From assembly GCA_904063045.1 (NCBI GenBank), contig CAJFCJ010000009.1, positions 1,860,968-1,924,967 of the forward strand: a DNA stretch of 64,000 bases, written 5' to 3'. Position numbers and translations under genes: made by a program. Below, in pieces: positions 13,601 through 26,956 of this stretch. The first letter of the stretch is position 1. Every line of letters starts with the position of its first letter. Origin of the DNA: Dimorphilus gyrociliatus (taxonomy: Eukaryota > Animalia > Annelida). Under the pieces are notes generated by a model. That model saw only the letters and a program-made list of their open reading frames with translations. It did not search any database and was not told where the DNA came from.

Positions 13601-14166
13601 TGGCGTAAGTGGTTAATTGACCTGTTTGACCAGATTTCCAAAATCCATTATCAGTACCATTAGTTAATCTCCTAAATAAAAGAGAATAAAAGTATTGTAG
13701 AAACTGAAATCCTTTCGTTTAAAATTGAATAAACTGTATATTTACTTTCTGTCCTCCTTTTCTTTGTTAACAGCTAATTTAAGTTCTTTTAAACGCTCTT
13801 CCATCTTCCTACTGTCCATTTCTAGTTTCTTTGTCTGCTCCTTGGCATTTTTCAAATTTCTAAATTGAAATAATTATGGATATAGTGATTATGAGAAACT
13901 ATAGTGAAAAACTACGAGACAAATAAACACAATCATAATAGCCAATAGAGATATATTTTCAGTAATAAATTGATAAAGAAGTGACGCCTCAAGCCACAAT
14001 TTATACTTGACCGATTCATTAAACTTACATATATCTCCTGAAAATGTTAACATCAAAACAAACTTTGAAAAATTATGTTTTCAGATCTTTCAATAGAATA
14101 TACAAACTGAGCTTTCAGATGAATAGAAACATCTTCTCGTTTACTAGATGTTGAACGGAAAGCCAT
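10700..14166 (-). CDS. ZBBX: Zinc finger B-box domain protein (ciliary), about 14-15 exons
   Basis: N-terminal coiled coil ([17 protein letters not shown]...NKEKEDR), FWKSGQTG motif and B-box [37 protein letters not shown], in the same order as vertebrate ZBBX. Long low-complexity tail ends at ...DEVCKLK* (10700). Confidence 0.8.
13085..13108. repeat. (AT)12 microsatellite in a ZBBX intron
   Basis: Read directly from the sequence. Confidence 0.9.
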
Positions 14167-14810
14167 CTTCAACTTAAGGAGGGGCACGAATTTTGACTAA
14201 ATATCTGTAAAGTCATATAATTTCTCATTGTCAATAGTTTTATTCTATTGAATAAGTTAAAATTTAACAAGTAGAATGGAGTTTAACCTTTTTAAAACTA
14301 CTCTCTTAAAAAGGGAATGCTAAATGTATAAATTTTAAACATATAGAAACCGAATTGTTTATCTAAGCAACTATTTCAACATGGCGTAAATTGGTAGTGT
14401 GACGTGAAATCTTCAATTGATTCATTTATTTCAAGTAAAGTTGTGAAAAGTTTAAATATGACACTTCATTCCCTTTTATTTCCATAAAAATAAATTATAA
14501 CCTAAAAATTATCCGTTTTCCTTCAAGAAAGAAAAAAAGATTATTCAAAATGGAAAATAGATGTCACTAGTCGCATCAAATACCATATATATACAGCAGT
14601 GACGTGTCCGTGAACGCCTGTAGAATTAATTTGGATTTTTTGGATGTAAGTAAAATATACACAATAAATAGATATATCATATTATAGGCGTTGCTTTTAA
14701 CTACTCTTTTAGTAACTATTGTCATAATGTTTTTTTTATCACAAGCTTTATTATCTTATATCCTCTTTCCCCTTCAGTATCATTTTACAACATTTTTGGA
14801 CTACAAGGAA

Positions 14811-16046
14811 ATGGCAGAAAACTGGATACTAGTAACAGGCGGATCTGGTTACGTAGGGAGTCATACTATTGTTGAACTGTACAAGGCTGGGTATAAGGCC
14901 GTTGTTATTGATAACCTAGTAAATTCAGAAACAGGTAACAACTATGGGAGGATTATAATAAGTTTTCAAAAAGAGTATTGTCTAAAAACGAAAACATTTC
15001 TTTTCTATAGAAAGTATAAAGCGTGTTAGGAAATTGGTTGGGCATGATTTTCCATTCTATTCCGTCGATTTATTAGATGTTGAATCACTAGTAGAAGTCT
15101 TTAAAAAGGTAATGAAATTAGCTCAATATTGTTCTTTGCTCAATATTGTACTAAATCACGAAATGGTCTTGACACGATCCTCTTTTATTTTGTTGTAGGT
15201 TTAAGATGACTAAATTTCATTTTTACTTCTGTACAGCATAAATTCCAATGTGTAATTCATATTGCCGGATTAAAAGCTGTTGGCGAATCCGTTCAAAAGC
15301 CCCTTGAATATTACAAAAATAATGTGGGAGGAACTATAAACCTATTGGAAGTTATGAAGCAATTTAATCTTTATTCTATGATTTTCTCAAGTTCAGCAAC
15401 TGTTTATGGTTTTCCTCAATACTTGCCAATAGATGAAAAACATCCAGCTGGTAGTTGTACCAACCCATATGGAAAAACAAAGTGGTTTATTGAAAATATT
15501 CTTCAGGATTTATGCCATTCCAGTGATATATGGAAAGTAATAATTCTACGATATTTCAATCCAATCGGCGCTCATGAATCTGGAACCATTGGAGAAGATC
15601 CCAGCGGAATTCCTAACAATCTTATGCCGTATATTGCTCAGGTTGGAGTTGGTAAAAATCCTTGCTTGAGTGTTTTTGGACAGGATTATGATACACCTGA
15701 TGGTACAGGAGTACGAGACTATTTACATATTATAGACTTAGCCGATGGTCATGTTAAGGCCCTAAAAGCTTTAAAAAATGAATGTCAAACTTTTAACTTG
15801 GGAACTGGCCAAGGCTATAGCGTCCTGCAAATGATTAAAGCGTTCGAAAAAGCCAGTGGAAAGACTGTAAATTATAAGATATGTAGTAGAAGGTACGGTG
15901 ATGTAGATACAATGTATGCCGATGCTTCTTTAGCCAAGAAAGTTTTGGGCTGGGAAGCCAAAAGAGGTTTACCCGAAATGTGTGAAGACTTATGGAGATG
16001 GCAAGTTAACAATCCTCAAGGCTATCGTACTGAACAGAAGATGTAA
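14811..16046 (+). CDS. GALE: UDP-glucose 4-epimerase
   Basis: [13 protein letters not shown] Rossmann motif, [25 protein letters not shown] catalytic Yxxx[19 protein letters not shown]. Introns at about 14935-15010 and 15109-15236. Confidence 0.97.
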
Positions 16047-16208
16047 AAATTGGAAACTTCAAATGAAATTCAAGCTAAAGAAATTTTTCTATTTTTCTAT
16101 TTAATTTTGTTTTATTATTAAAACAAATAATACAAATTTTTTACATTTTTCTTATCAATTCATCTATTCTTTAAGCAGTTAACAGAGATAGAAAATCTTT
16201 TAAATTCA

Positions 16209-16535
16209 TCAATGCTTACTCTTTTTCTCTCTTAGTCTTATCTTTTCAATCTTTGAAAATATGTTTTTTAGCGAACGCTTGCTTGTTGATTCAGTTCTTC
16301 TTAGACTCCTATACTTATCTTTAAAGTTTTTAGCTGATGAATATAATAAATTCGAAACTTGAAAGCAAAGGAAACAGCATATAGCAATGGAAACTATTAC
16401 AATAAACATAAGAATGTATGTTAGCGCTTTTACACCAGTGTTTATACCATTATTAACACCGTATTCTTCTATAGATGTTGATTCTACTTTAGACCTTAGA
16501 AAGGATATAACTAAAGCTGGAAAAATGTAATACAT
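16209..16535 (-). CDS. Orphan 108-aa single-pass membrane protein
   Basis: ATG-initiated uninterrupted ORF with a hydrophobic N-terminus (MYYIFPALVISFL), a short ectodomain, a TM segment (ALTYILMFIVIVSIAICCFLCF) and a K/R-rich tail, followed by AATAAA at 16116-16111. Confidence 0.6.
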   Translation of the reverse strand: MYYIFPALVISFLRSKVESTSIEEYGVNNGINTGVKALTYILMFIVIVSIAICCFLCFQVSNLLYSSAKNFKDKYRSLRRTESTSKRSLKNIFSKIEKIRLREKKSKH

Positions 16536-16648
16536 ATCAATAATTTTTAAATTTTCTTGTATTCTTTTTAAAAATATATATTATCTAACAAATACTTTTC
16601 AAAATATTCGTCAGTAATGGAATGTTTTAAATTTATCTATGATAGTAT

Positions 16649-18280
16649 TCAATTACGAGAAACTTGAGCGTTCAGGAGGCTTTCGTTTGTTGTTGAGCTG
16701 TTTTCGCTCTCTGTTACATCACCTTTAGGTGGGATATGCCAAACTCTTGGTTTGAATTTATATTCAGAATTTTTTGGTGGGTAAGTTAATTCAATTGGTG
16801 GGTTTCCCTCAATAATACCATATGCTCTCAAATGATAGATAAAGAATTCCAAATCGTACATATCATTGGTAGAAACATAGTGAAAAGTTATTGGAAAGTC
16901 ACTCATACTTTCCATACCTTTTTTAGCTCCGTATTTATCATATTCATAGTACCAATCAGGATATGATCCATGTAAATGTGTGCCAGGATTGAAGCAATGA
17001 AATCTTGTTCTACCCAAAGCATCTCTCGAATCTCCAGGCTTGACCCCTAGGTACTGCAAACATTTTCCAATTTCAACATCTTCAGCTCCTAGATCACTAG
17101 CACACAATCCAGATTTTCTATTTGCAAAGCGAGTTAAAGCTTCTTTGCTTAATACATATCCAGCACCACCACTGTGATATCCTTGTCTAACTATAGTCTA
17201 GATGAAAAATTCATATGTAATATGTTGAAATTTAAATCAATTAAGTTGAAAATTACTTTAAAATGATGTCCAAAATAAACAGGATCACTAGGAGAGTGAG
17301 CACCAAGTAAAAACCTCAAATTTTCCAAAATAACATATGTATCATCGTCAGCTTTAAGAAACCAATCAGCATCATCTCTATGGTTTTTATAAATATATTC
17401 AAAAGCTTGCATAGTTTTAGCTGTTAGGTGATCACGTCCTTCACCTACATTTAGGTGAATAGCAGGAAACTCCTTATCCTCTTTATCACTCATAAATACA
17501 ACTTTATTACACCTATGACAATAAAGGATTTTGAATATTCTACAATAGAAATATATAGTGATATCATCTATACGAAATACGAATTAGAGCTATTTTGTAG
17601 AAAGAAATTCTAATAAATAACATAAAGCCTTCATTCAACATTGCTTAAAAATTTTGTAGTTTAAGAAAAAAAAATAGAATTAATCTTAATTCTTCTGAAC
17701 ACAAAGGAAATGTTTTTTAAATAGGCATATGTATTAATATTAATCAGTCATGTATGATTTATCGTTGTTTAACAACGAAATGTAGAAAAAACTGCTTATG
17801 CCTTATGTTATCGATTATAAGTCCTATAAATTTTTATTGAACATCCACACGTTATATATATAGTAAAATTATGGTTGTGGCTATTGTTGATTGAATACCT
17901 TTTTGCCCATGTGGCTTTTACATGAATGGCTTTGGTCCTTAGATTAGCAGCTCCAGTCATTATCCAGCATAACACTCTCGCGTTTTTATATAAGTAGTTG
18001 GCTGCTCTTCTATCCTCTAAAAAAGGAAATTTGTAGATAAACAGTATAATTGAAATGATAACATAAAAAGAAAGTCTTACAAACCGTTATGCATTGATTC
18101 ATCATGAGCGAAATGAATATGAGAGTCGCTTGGAATGGAGTCTATCTCACTATGTGATTGCGGATACCTTATATGTGTTAGACTCCTATGAGAGGTAAAG
18201 AATTGACGAGAAACTATTAAGCCACATAACAAACCAGAGAGATACACTAAAAATATTGAAATGTTTCGGCTTAACGCCAT
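16649..18280 (-). CDS. C1GALT1: Core 1 beta-1,3-galactosyltransferase (T-synthase)
   Basis: Type II TM anchor, RVLCWIMTG...KAIHVKATWAKRCNK, DWFLKADDDTYV, ENLRFLL, QGYHSGGAGYVLS, AEDVEIGKC, PITFHYV. Four coding exons. Confidence 0.95.
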
Positions 18281-18692
18281 TGTCTTTTCTCCAAAGTTTT
18301 TAAAATTTTAAACAGTAGATTAAAAAGTTTTCTTTTGAAAGATCCAATTAACGATAAGTTCAATGAAGTAGAACACTCCTCCTAGTTAATTTAAAGTCAT
18401 TAAAAATAAGTCGAATCAGGTACAAAACAAACTGCCAATAACCGACTCTCTATTTTAAAATTAAGTAAATACTTACCACTTAGAATCAATGGAATTACCC
18501 GTAGGAATTCGAAATAATTTTGAGAAATGGCATCTGGAGAAATGAGAACATATATTCGAACAAATTTACAGTGTCCAAAAATTATGATTCTCTTTTTTTC
18601 CAATAGATGGCCTACTAAACTTCAACAACCTATAAGCCATAACCTTGACATTACTGGCAGAGAGAAAAACTTCGGTTCTATACTTTTGCAAA

Positions 18693-21333
18693 ATGAGTGA
18701 CAATGGGTCTATAAAGCCTCCAGATTTAGGAAAACTCTACGAAATTGACGGTTATCTCCAGAATTTTGAGAAGGAAATCTGTAGAAGGTTCGTTAAGAAG
18801 TTATTCGTATTTTTTTTTAATTTATTTGTCGCTGACATTGAATTTTACTGCTGCAATATAGGCTTAGCTGTTCTTATTCACTACTTAAATTACAGGCTAT
18901 AAAGGAGAAACAATTCATTTTTATTAAAACAAAATTATTAACCTTATTAAAGTTTACTATTTACTAATTATTGTTTGTCTTTTCTGATAACATATATACC
19001 GATATATACTGTATATCTTCTATCCATCAAACAGATATAAAGAATTTACTAATCTACTCAACGCTATTGAAGAACACGAAGAAGGTGGTTTACAACAGTT
19101 TAGCAAAGGGTATGAAAAATTTGGTATACATGTTCAACCAGATAATTCTGTTAGATGTTACGAATGGTGTCCTGATATTACCCAATTGTATTTAAGAGGA
19201 GATTTCAGTAATTATTAAAAAACAACATATGTTATTATGTTTTTATTTAACAAAACTCATTATCATAACATAAAATTTAGATAATTGGAATAAAAAGGAG
19301 TATCCATATACAAAATTGGACCATGGTAAATGGGAATTAGTAATATCTCCAAACGAAGACGGCTCTTGTAAAATACCCCACAATTCTGCTCTTAAAGTAT
19401 GCGTTGTTGATAAACATGGTAACGAATTGGATAGATTATCCCCTTGGGCACCCTACGTAACAAGATCAGAAAAATCTCTAACGTACGATCAAAGATTATG
19501 GAGTCCGAAGGAAAAATATTCATTCCAACATAAGCATCCTTCTAAACCTAAAAGTCTTAGAATCTACGAGTGTCACGTTGGCATCAGTTCTTGGGAAGGA
19601 AAGGTTGCTACCTATACTCACTTTAAAGACAATGTCTTGCCAAGAATCGAAAAATTGGGTAAGTTTATTCTGTTTCTATAGTTAGTTAGCCATTCAATTT
19701 TTCTCAAAAAAGGATACAATGCTATTCAACTAATGGCTGTAATGGAACATGCTTATTACGCAAGCTTTGGGTACCAAGTAACAAGTTTTTTTGGAGCTTC
19801 TAGGTGAGATTATCATCTTATCTGAAAATTAATAAGACCTATAAAATGGACAACGATATTTAGTTTTTTAATTTTATGCAATGAGTATGTACTAGTTAAA
19901 TTCAAACTGAGTTCAAGACACCTTACTTCAAAGAGGGGGTGGGGCTAGAGGGAAAGAAAACTAGATCAAGTACTTATCACCTTTAAAATTAATGCTATAT
20001 TTATTTACAAAACAGTCGTTATGGAAACCCTGAAGAATTGAAAGCTTTAGTTGATGAAGCTCATCGTAGGGGAATTGTTGTACTTTTAGATGTCGTTCAC
20101 TCTCATGCTTCAAAGAATACAGTTGATGGTTTAAATCAATGGAATGGAACTAACGGTGCGTATTTTCATGATAATGCTCGAGGTTTCCACGATCTATGGG
20201 ATTCTCGATTGTTCAATTACACTGAGTGGGAAGTGTTAAGATTCTTGCTTTCTAATCTTCGTTGGTGGATTGATGAATATGGATTTGACGGTTTCCGATT
20301 CGATGGAGCAACTTCAATGCTATACCATTCTCACGGTTTGGCTCATTCGTTTAGCGGTGATTACAATGAATACTTTGGTTTAGTTACTGATACTGAAAGT
20401 GTAACCTATATGACGCTTGCTAATCATTTCCTTCATTCGAATTATGATTTTGTCATAACTATTGCGGAAGAGGTTAGCGGGATGCCTGGCTTATGCAGAC
20501 CTGTCTCTGAAGGGGGCCAAGGATTTGATTATCGTCTTGCTATGGCTTTACCCGATATGTGGATCAAAATGCTAAAGGAAAAGTCCGATGACGAATGGAA
20601 GATGGGGCATATAGCATTCACTTTGGCTAACAGACGTCACGGTGAAAAACATATCGCCTACGCCGAGAGCCACGACCAAGCTTTGGTAGGAGATAAGACT
20701 CTAGCCTTTTGGCTTATGGATGCTGAAATGTATTGGAATATGAGTACATTGACTGAGAGAACAGTAGTAATTGACAGAGGTATGGCTCTCCATAAGTTAA
20801 TACGCTTAATAACACATGGACTAGGTGGTGAAGGATACTTGAATTTTATCGGTAATGAGTTCGGCCATCCGGAGTGGCTGGATTTTCCAAGGAAGGGGAA
20901 CAACGAAAGTTATCATTACGCCAGGAGACAATGGAATGTTGTTGATGATGATCTATTAAGATATAAGTTTTTGAATAATTTTGACGAAGCTCTACAACAC
21001 ACCGAGGAGAAGTATGGTTGGCTGCATTCGCCTCAAGGTTATATAAGTCGAAAACATGAAGGAGATAAAGTGTTAGTGTTTGAAAGAGGTGGAGTTGTAT
21101 TTGTCTTCAATTTCCATCCAACACAATCATTTACTGATTATAGGATTGGAGTTAACGAAGCAGGGAGATATAAAATTATCTTGGATTCAGATGAGAAAAA
21201 ATTTGATGGACACGGTAGATTGGATCATAATACCGACTACTTTACGAACGAAGGGGATTGGGATAATAGAAGAAATAGTATGTTGGTTTATATTCCTAGT
21301 CGAGTTGGTTTTCTTCTCGCTAAAGTTGATTAA
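18693..21333 (+). CDS. GBE1: 1,4-alpha-glucan branching enzyme
   Basis: GH13 motifs [68 protein letters not shown]. About 5 exons. Confidence 0.97.
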
Positions 21334-21620
21334 ATGTCATTAATTGTTCAGATTTGTGAAATGCATTTTGTTATTTTGTATTGTAAAACTATTTAGAATA
21401 TTTGGAGAGAGAACCCGGTGTGGTATATGGTTTAATTTTTATCTGCTTGAATTTTGAATAAACTAGAACTTGAAATCTTGAATATAAATATAGTTATTAA
21501 AAATGTTAAACAATAATTCAATGAACTTTTGGTAAATTCACTTTTTATCTTTACTAGATTCCGATAGATGGCTCTAGTGTTTATAGAAATCTTTCGACCG
21601 CGAGGTAGAAAAATTAAATT

Positions 21621-21629
21621 TCCTTTTCC
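21621..21629 (+). promoter_or_regulatory. TCT/5'TOP initiator of RPS6
   Basis: TCCTTTTCC about 40 nt upstream of the RPS6 ATG, typical of ribosomal protein genes. Confidence 0.7.
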
Positions 21630-21663
21630 GTGTTGACAGCGTGAAGAACGTTAGGGCCCAGTT

Positions 21664-22690
21664 ATGAAGGTAATTTTTTCATTAAAATATTCAACTATTT
21701 TACCTCAATTGCCAAAGTAATACGACTATTAGGATTGATTAATATTCTGTTCATGCAATTTGTGAAAAAAATAACATATACTCTGTAAGATCGAAATGAT
21801 TAAAGTGGATTTGCTTTCTAGCTCAACGTATCCTACCCAGCCACCGGCTGTCAAAAGATCTTCGAAATTGATGATGAACGTAAACTTAGACCATTTTACG
21901 AAAAGAGAATGGGAACAGAAGTTGATGGTGGATGTTTAGGTGATGAATGGAAGGTGAGTAGCGCTTAAAATCTGAACTCATTGCTCTATTTTAATGCTAA
22001 CATGGTATTAGGGTTACATCGTCCGTATCTCTGGTGGAAATGACAAGCAAGGTTTCCCCATGAAACAAGGAGTTCTAACCAACGGACGTGTAAGACTTTT
22101 GCTTAGTAAGGGTCATTCCTGCTATAGAATCCGCAGAAGTGGAGAACGTAGAAGAAAGTCTGTCAGAGGCTGTATCGTTGACAGCAATCTCTCCGTTTTG
22201 GGCTTGGTCATTATCAAGAAGGGTGAATCGGATATTCCTGGTCTTACTGATAAAACTATCCCACGTAGATTGGGTAAGTAATAGTGTAATTTTAGTTTAT
22301 AATTACCATTCGTTTATTATTTATGTATTGATAATACTAGGACCTAAGAGAGCATCTAAGATCAGAAAATTGTTCAATTTGAGCAAGGAAGATGATGTCC
22401 GTCAATATGTCGTTAGACGTCCCTTGCCTGAAAAAGAAGGTAAAAAGGCAAAGACAAAGGCCCCTAAGATCCAACGTTTGGTAACCCCAGTAACCCTTCA
22501 ACGTAAACGCCGTCGTTTGGCCCAGAAGAGAAGACGTTTTGTTAAAGCTCGTGACGAACAAGCTGAATATGCTAAACTCCTGGCTCAAAGAGTTAAGGAA
22601 GCCAAGGAAAGAAAAATTGAGAGAAGACGATCGGCTTCCCAATCGAAAAGCCGAGGAGATTCGTTGAGAGAATCGACAAGCAAGAAGTAA
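21664..22690 (+). CDS. RPS6: 40S ribosomal protein S6 (eS6)
   Basis: MK|[41 protein letters not shown]|[20 protein letters not shown]-terminal RRRSAS phosphorylation site. Four exons. Confidence 0.98.
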
Positions 22691-22856
22691 ACTTTAAAAA
22701 GTTGTTTGAATAAATTTGTCTGATTGAAAAAACGAGTCCTAAGACTTTTTCCATTGCTTAAATCAGAAACAGGTGGTATAAAGTAAAAGCACGCAAAAAA
22801 TATTCTACATTAAGTCCCAAATTGTATTCAATAATTAAAATATAAAAAAAGAAAAA

Positions 22857-24110
<1,254 letters not shown>

Positions 24111-24244
24111 CTAATGTTCTAACGAAAAATTAACATGGTATCCTATTAAGTGGAATGAAAATCTTTTCTTTCTAAATCGGGTTTCACCTGGTACCACACA
24201 AGCATTTGGAATGTTTTTCGTTTACAGCTGTTTACATCTTTCTA

Positions 24245-26698
24245 ATGGCGGCTTCCAGGATGAATTCCATGACACGTTTATGTTTCAAATATCGCTTTAT
24301 TTTCTTTGCTGCTCTCATAATATTGAGCTTGCAAATCCTGTTAGCTTATAATTTCAATATATTCGTCAAACGACAGACAGATCAAATTAAGAGGCCAGAT
24401 CAACCACTTTTTTTAAATAATCAGATTATTTCTAGTCAAAAAGAAGAGAGCATTACTTGTCCTGAGACTACCACTAATAGAGACGCTGTATCAGCTTTGT
24501 CAAGAATCAAAAGTGCTGAATGTAAAAAAACTGTTACATCAGCGATATGTTTGTTAGCTAAAGGAGAGTTATTTCCTGCTTCTGTTCAGCAAAGCTGTCC
24601 GATGCGATTAAGTAATGTCACCGGGCGTTTTGTAGGGTGTTTTAAAGATGAGAGAAGTGATAGAGAGCTTAGCTTCATGAAAAAATTGACAATAAAAAAT
24701 AGTGTTTCCCAATGTGTTCAATTGTGCTTTAAGTACGGTTTTATTTACGCGGGAGTCGAGTTTGGAATTGAATGCTGGTGTGGCCATAAAATTGCTAATG
24801 GCAGAAAAATAGAAGATAAAATTTGCCAGGAAATGCCATGTCCTGGAAATTCTTTACAGCAATGTGGAGGTTATTTGGCATTAGCCATTCATGAAACTGG
24901 AATTGGTCAACCCCGATTTGAAAAGAAAACAGTGCTAGTTAGAGAGAAGCAATCGAACAAATCTCGCATTGTATTTCTTTTAACTCTTAATGGAAGAGCC
25001 GTTCGTCAAGTTAAAAGGTTACTAGGCTCTATTTATAGACCACATCATTATTATTATATTCACATTGATGAAAGACAAAACTATCTTCGAACTCAGTTAC
25101 AGCAAGCAACTAAGCATCTCAAAAACATAAAATATGCTCAGTGGAGCATGTCCACTATTTGGGGGGGAGCCTCTCTTCTAACTATGCATTTAAAATGTAT
25201 GAAAGACTTGTTTTCGTTTAAGACCTGGACATGGGATTACATTTTGAATTTGAGTGAATCCGACTTTACAATTAAATCTATTGAATTACTTGAAAATTAT
25301 CTAGCTGTCTATAGTAATAGTAACTTCTTAAGAGCCCATGGTAAGGATACGCCAAAGTTTGTGAAGAAACAGGGTCTGGAAAAACTTTTCGTTGAATGTG
25401 ATAGACATATGTGGAGAGTTGGTGAACGAAAAATACCGCAAGGTATTCGAATTGACGGTGGTAGCGATTGGTTCTGCTTAAGCAGAAAATTCGTTCATTA
25501 TATGGTTCAAAATCCTGATGATATGTTTATATCTTTACGAAAGTATTGGGAATATTCTTTATTACCTTCAGAATCTTTTTTTCATACAATATTATCGAAT
25601 TCTGCATTTTGTACTACATTAGTCAATAATAACTTACATGTAACTAACTGGAAAAGATCTAGGGGATGTCGTTGTCAGTATAAGCATTTAGTCGACTGGT
25701 GTGGTTGTTCCCCAAATATATTTACTGAAATGGATAGAATTTCACCTTTAAGACAACATCCAATATTTTTTGCACGTAAATTCGATTCCACAATAAATCA
25801 AAAAACTATTGCTCATTCTGAAGAACTTTCTGGGGTAAAATGGACAAGTCAACATTCTTCTTTTGATTATTTTTGGGTCAATGATTATTCTTCTTTCGAA
25901 GGACGAAATGAAATCAAAGAAATTTTTTACACTAATTTAGCAAAATTACATTCAAGATCAAATGATATTAATCTCTTAAATGCTACACTACTGTTTTACG
26001 AAGATAATTTTGAGGCTGTTTTAATAGAATATGCAAAAAAAGACGTCGTATTTGAAGCGAAATTCAAAAGAAAGTGGATTTGGTCTCAAGATGGCGGGAA
26101 AGTCGGTGGTGATAGACTCGTTAGAATAACTATTGGATCTGATTGGGATCCGAAAGAAGAAATTCTTCGAAATTGGGCAGGGATTGTTGGCCAAACGACA
26201 AAAATAGCAATAATCCATAGTTGGAGAGAGGGTGATACGCCTGTCTCAGCTACTGTCGTCCTCGTTCAACCAAATGGAGTTGTAGCTGCATTTAAAACTG
26301 AGACAATTGATATCAAAAGTCATAATTTAGTATTTCAACCGGACTTAAATTTACCGCTGAAACCGGGAAAATGGTCATTTTTAATATTTGCCAATGAGAA
26401 AAAAGTAGCGCGAGTATCATTTGTCGTTTTACCAATGGGATTAAATCCGGAGTTTAATGAAATCTCTAAAGTTGAAGAATTTATAACTAATAATTTACCA
26501 GAAGCTTCTCCTGCTACAGAATCCTTAAATGCGCTGTCACTTGTTAAGTCTGAATGGGGTTTTCAAGGATTCTGTGTAGTTAGTGGTGATAATAATAATC
26601 TATGCAGAAACCAAATTTGGAGCTCTCATTACCCTGATCCAAAATCATCAACCGAACTAATTGGGGGTGGCCTGCTTCGAGAGTTTTCAACAGAATAA
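24245..26698 (+). CDS. XYLT: Xylosylprotein/peptide O-xylosyltransferase, intronless
   Basis: Type II anchor, WSC domain (FVGCFKD...YAGVEFGIECWCG), GT14 core (RIVFLLTLNGRAVRQV, YYIHIDER, TIWGGASLL, NLSESDF, DGGSDW, LLPSESFF, DWCGCSPN, FFARKF), Xylo_C domain. Confidence 0.96.
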   Translation: MAASRMNSMTRLCFKYRFIFFAALIILSLQILLAYNFNIFVKRQTDQIKRPDQPLFLNNQIISSQKEESITCPETTTNRDAVSALSRIKSAECKKTVTSAICLLAKGELFPASVQQSCPMRLSNVTGRFVGCFKDERSDRELSFMKKLTIKNSVSQCVQLCFKYGFIYAGVEFGIECWCGHKIANGRKIEDKICQEMPCPGNSLQQCGGYLALAIHETGIGQPRFEKKTVLVREKQSNKSRIVFLLTLNGRAVRQVKRLLGSIYRPHHYYYIHIDERQNYLRTQLQQATKHLKNIKYAQWSMSTIWGGASLLTMHLKCMKDLFSFKTWTWDYILNLSESDFTIKSIELLENYLAVYSNSNFLRAHGKDTPKFVKKQGLEKLFVECDRHMWRVGERKIPQGIRIDGGSDWFCLSRKFVHYMVQNPDDMFISLRKYWEYSLLPSESFFHTILSNSAFCTTLVNNNLHVTNWKRSRGCRCQYKHLVDWCGCSPNIFTEMDRISPLRQHPIFFARKFDSTINQKTIAHSEELSGVKWTSQHSSFDYFWVNDYSSFEGRNEIKEIFYTNLAKLHSRSNDINLLNATLLFYEDNFEAVLIEYAKKDVVFEAKFKRKWIWSQDGGKVGGDRLVRITIGSDWDPKEEILRNWAGIVGQTTKIAIIHSWREGDTPVSATVVLVQPNGVVAAFKTETIDIKSHNLVFQPDLNLPLKPGKWSFLIFANEKKVARVSFVVLPMGLNPEFNEISKVEEFITNNLPEASPATESLNALSLVKSEWGFQGFCVVSGDNNNLCRNQIWSSHYPDPKSSTELIGGGLLREFSTE

Positions 26699-26956
26699 GA
26701 CTTATATTAGAAGTTTAGAGAAATTGAAACGGCTTACGGGAAACAGATTTTTAGCTATTTAAGACTTTTACTTTTCTAATTTTCATGGTTTTAGTCAATT
26801 TTCGGTGGTTTTACTCTTCAAAAATTTCGTCCAATTTTCAATAATACTTTGTCTAAAAATTATTTTAAAAAACTAATACGATAATAAATTGATCTATAAA
26901 AAATAATCTCAATTGAAGGTTTTGATTCTGTATTTTCTAAGATAACATGGATATTA

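Noticed and set aside
15121-15150. GCTCAATATTGT direct repeat in a GALE intron
   Set aside because: Small local tandem duplication with no transposon termini or target-site duplication context.
21670-21821. Possible snoRNA in the longer RPS6 intron 1
   Set aside because: No C/D or H/ACA box pair found.
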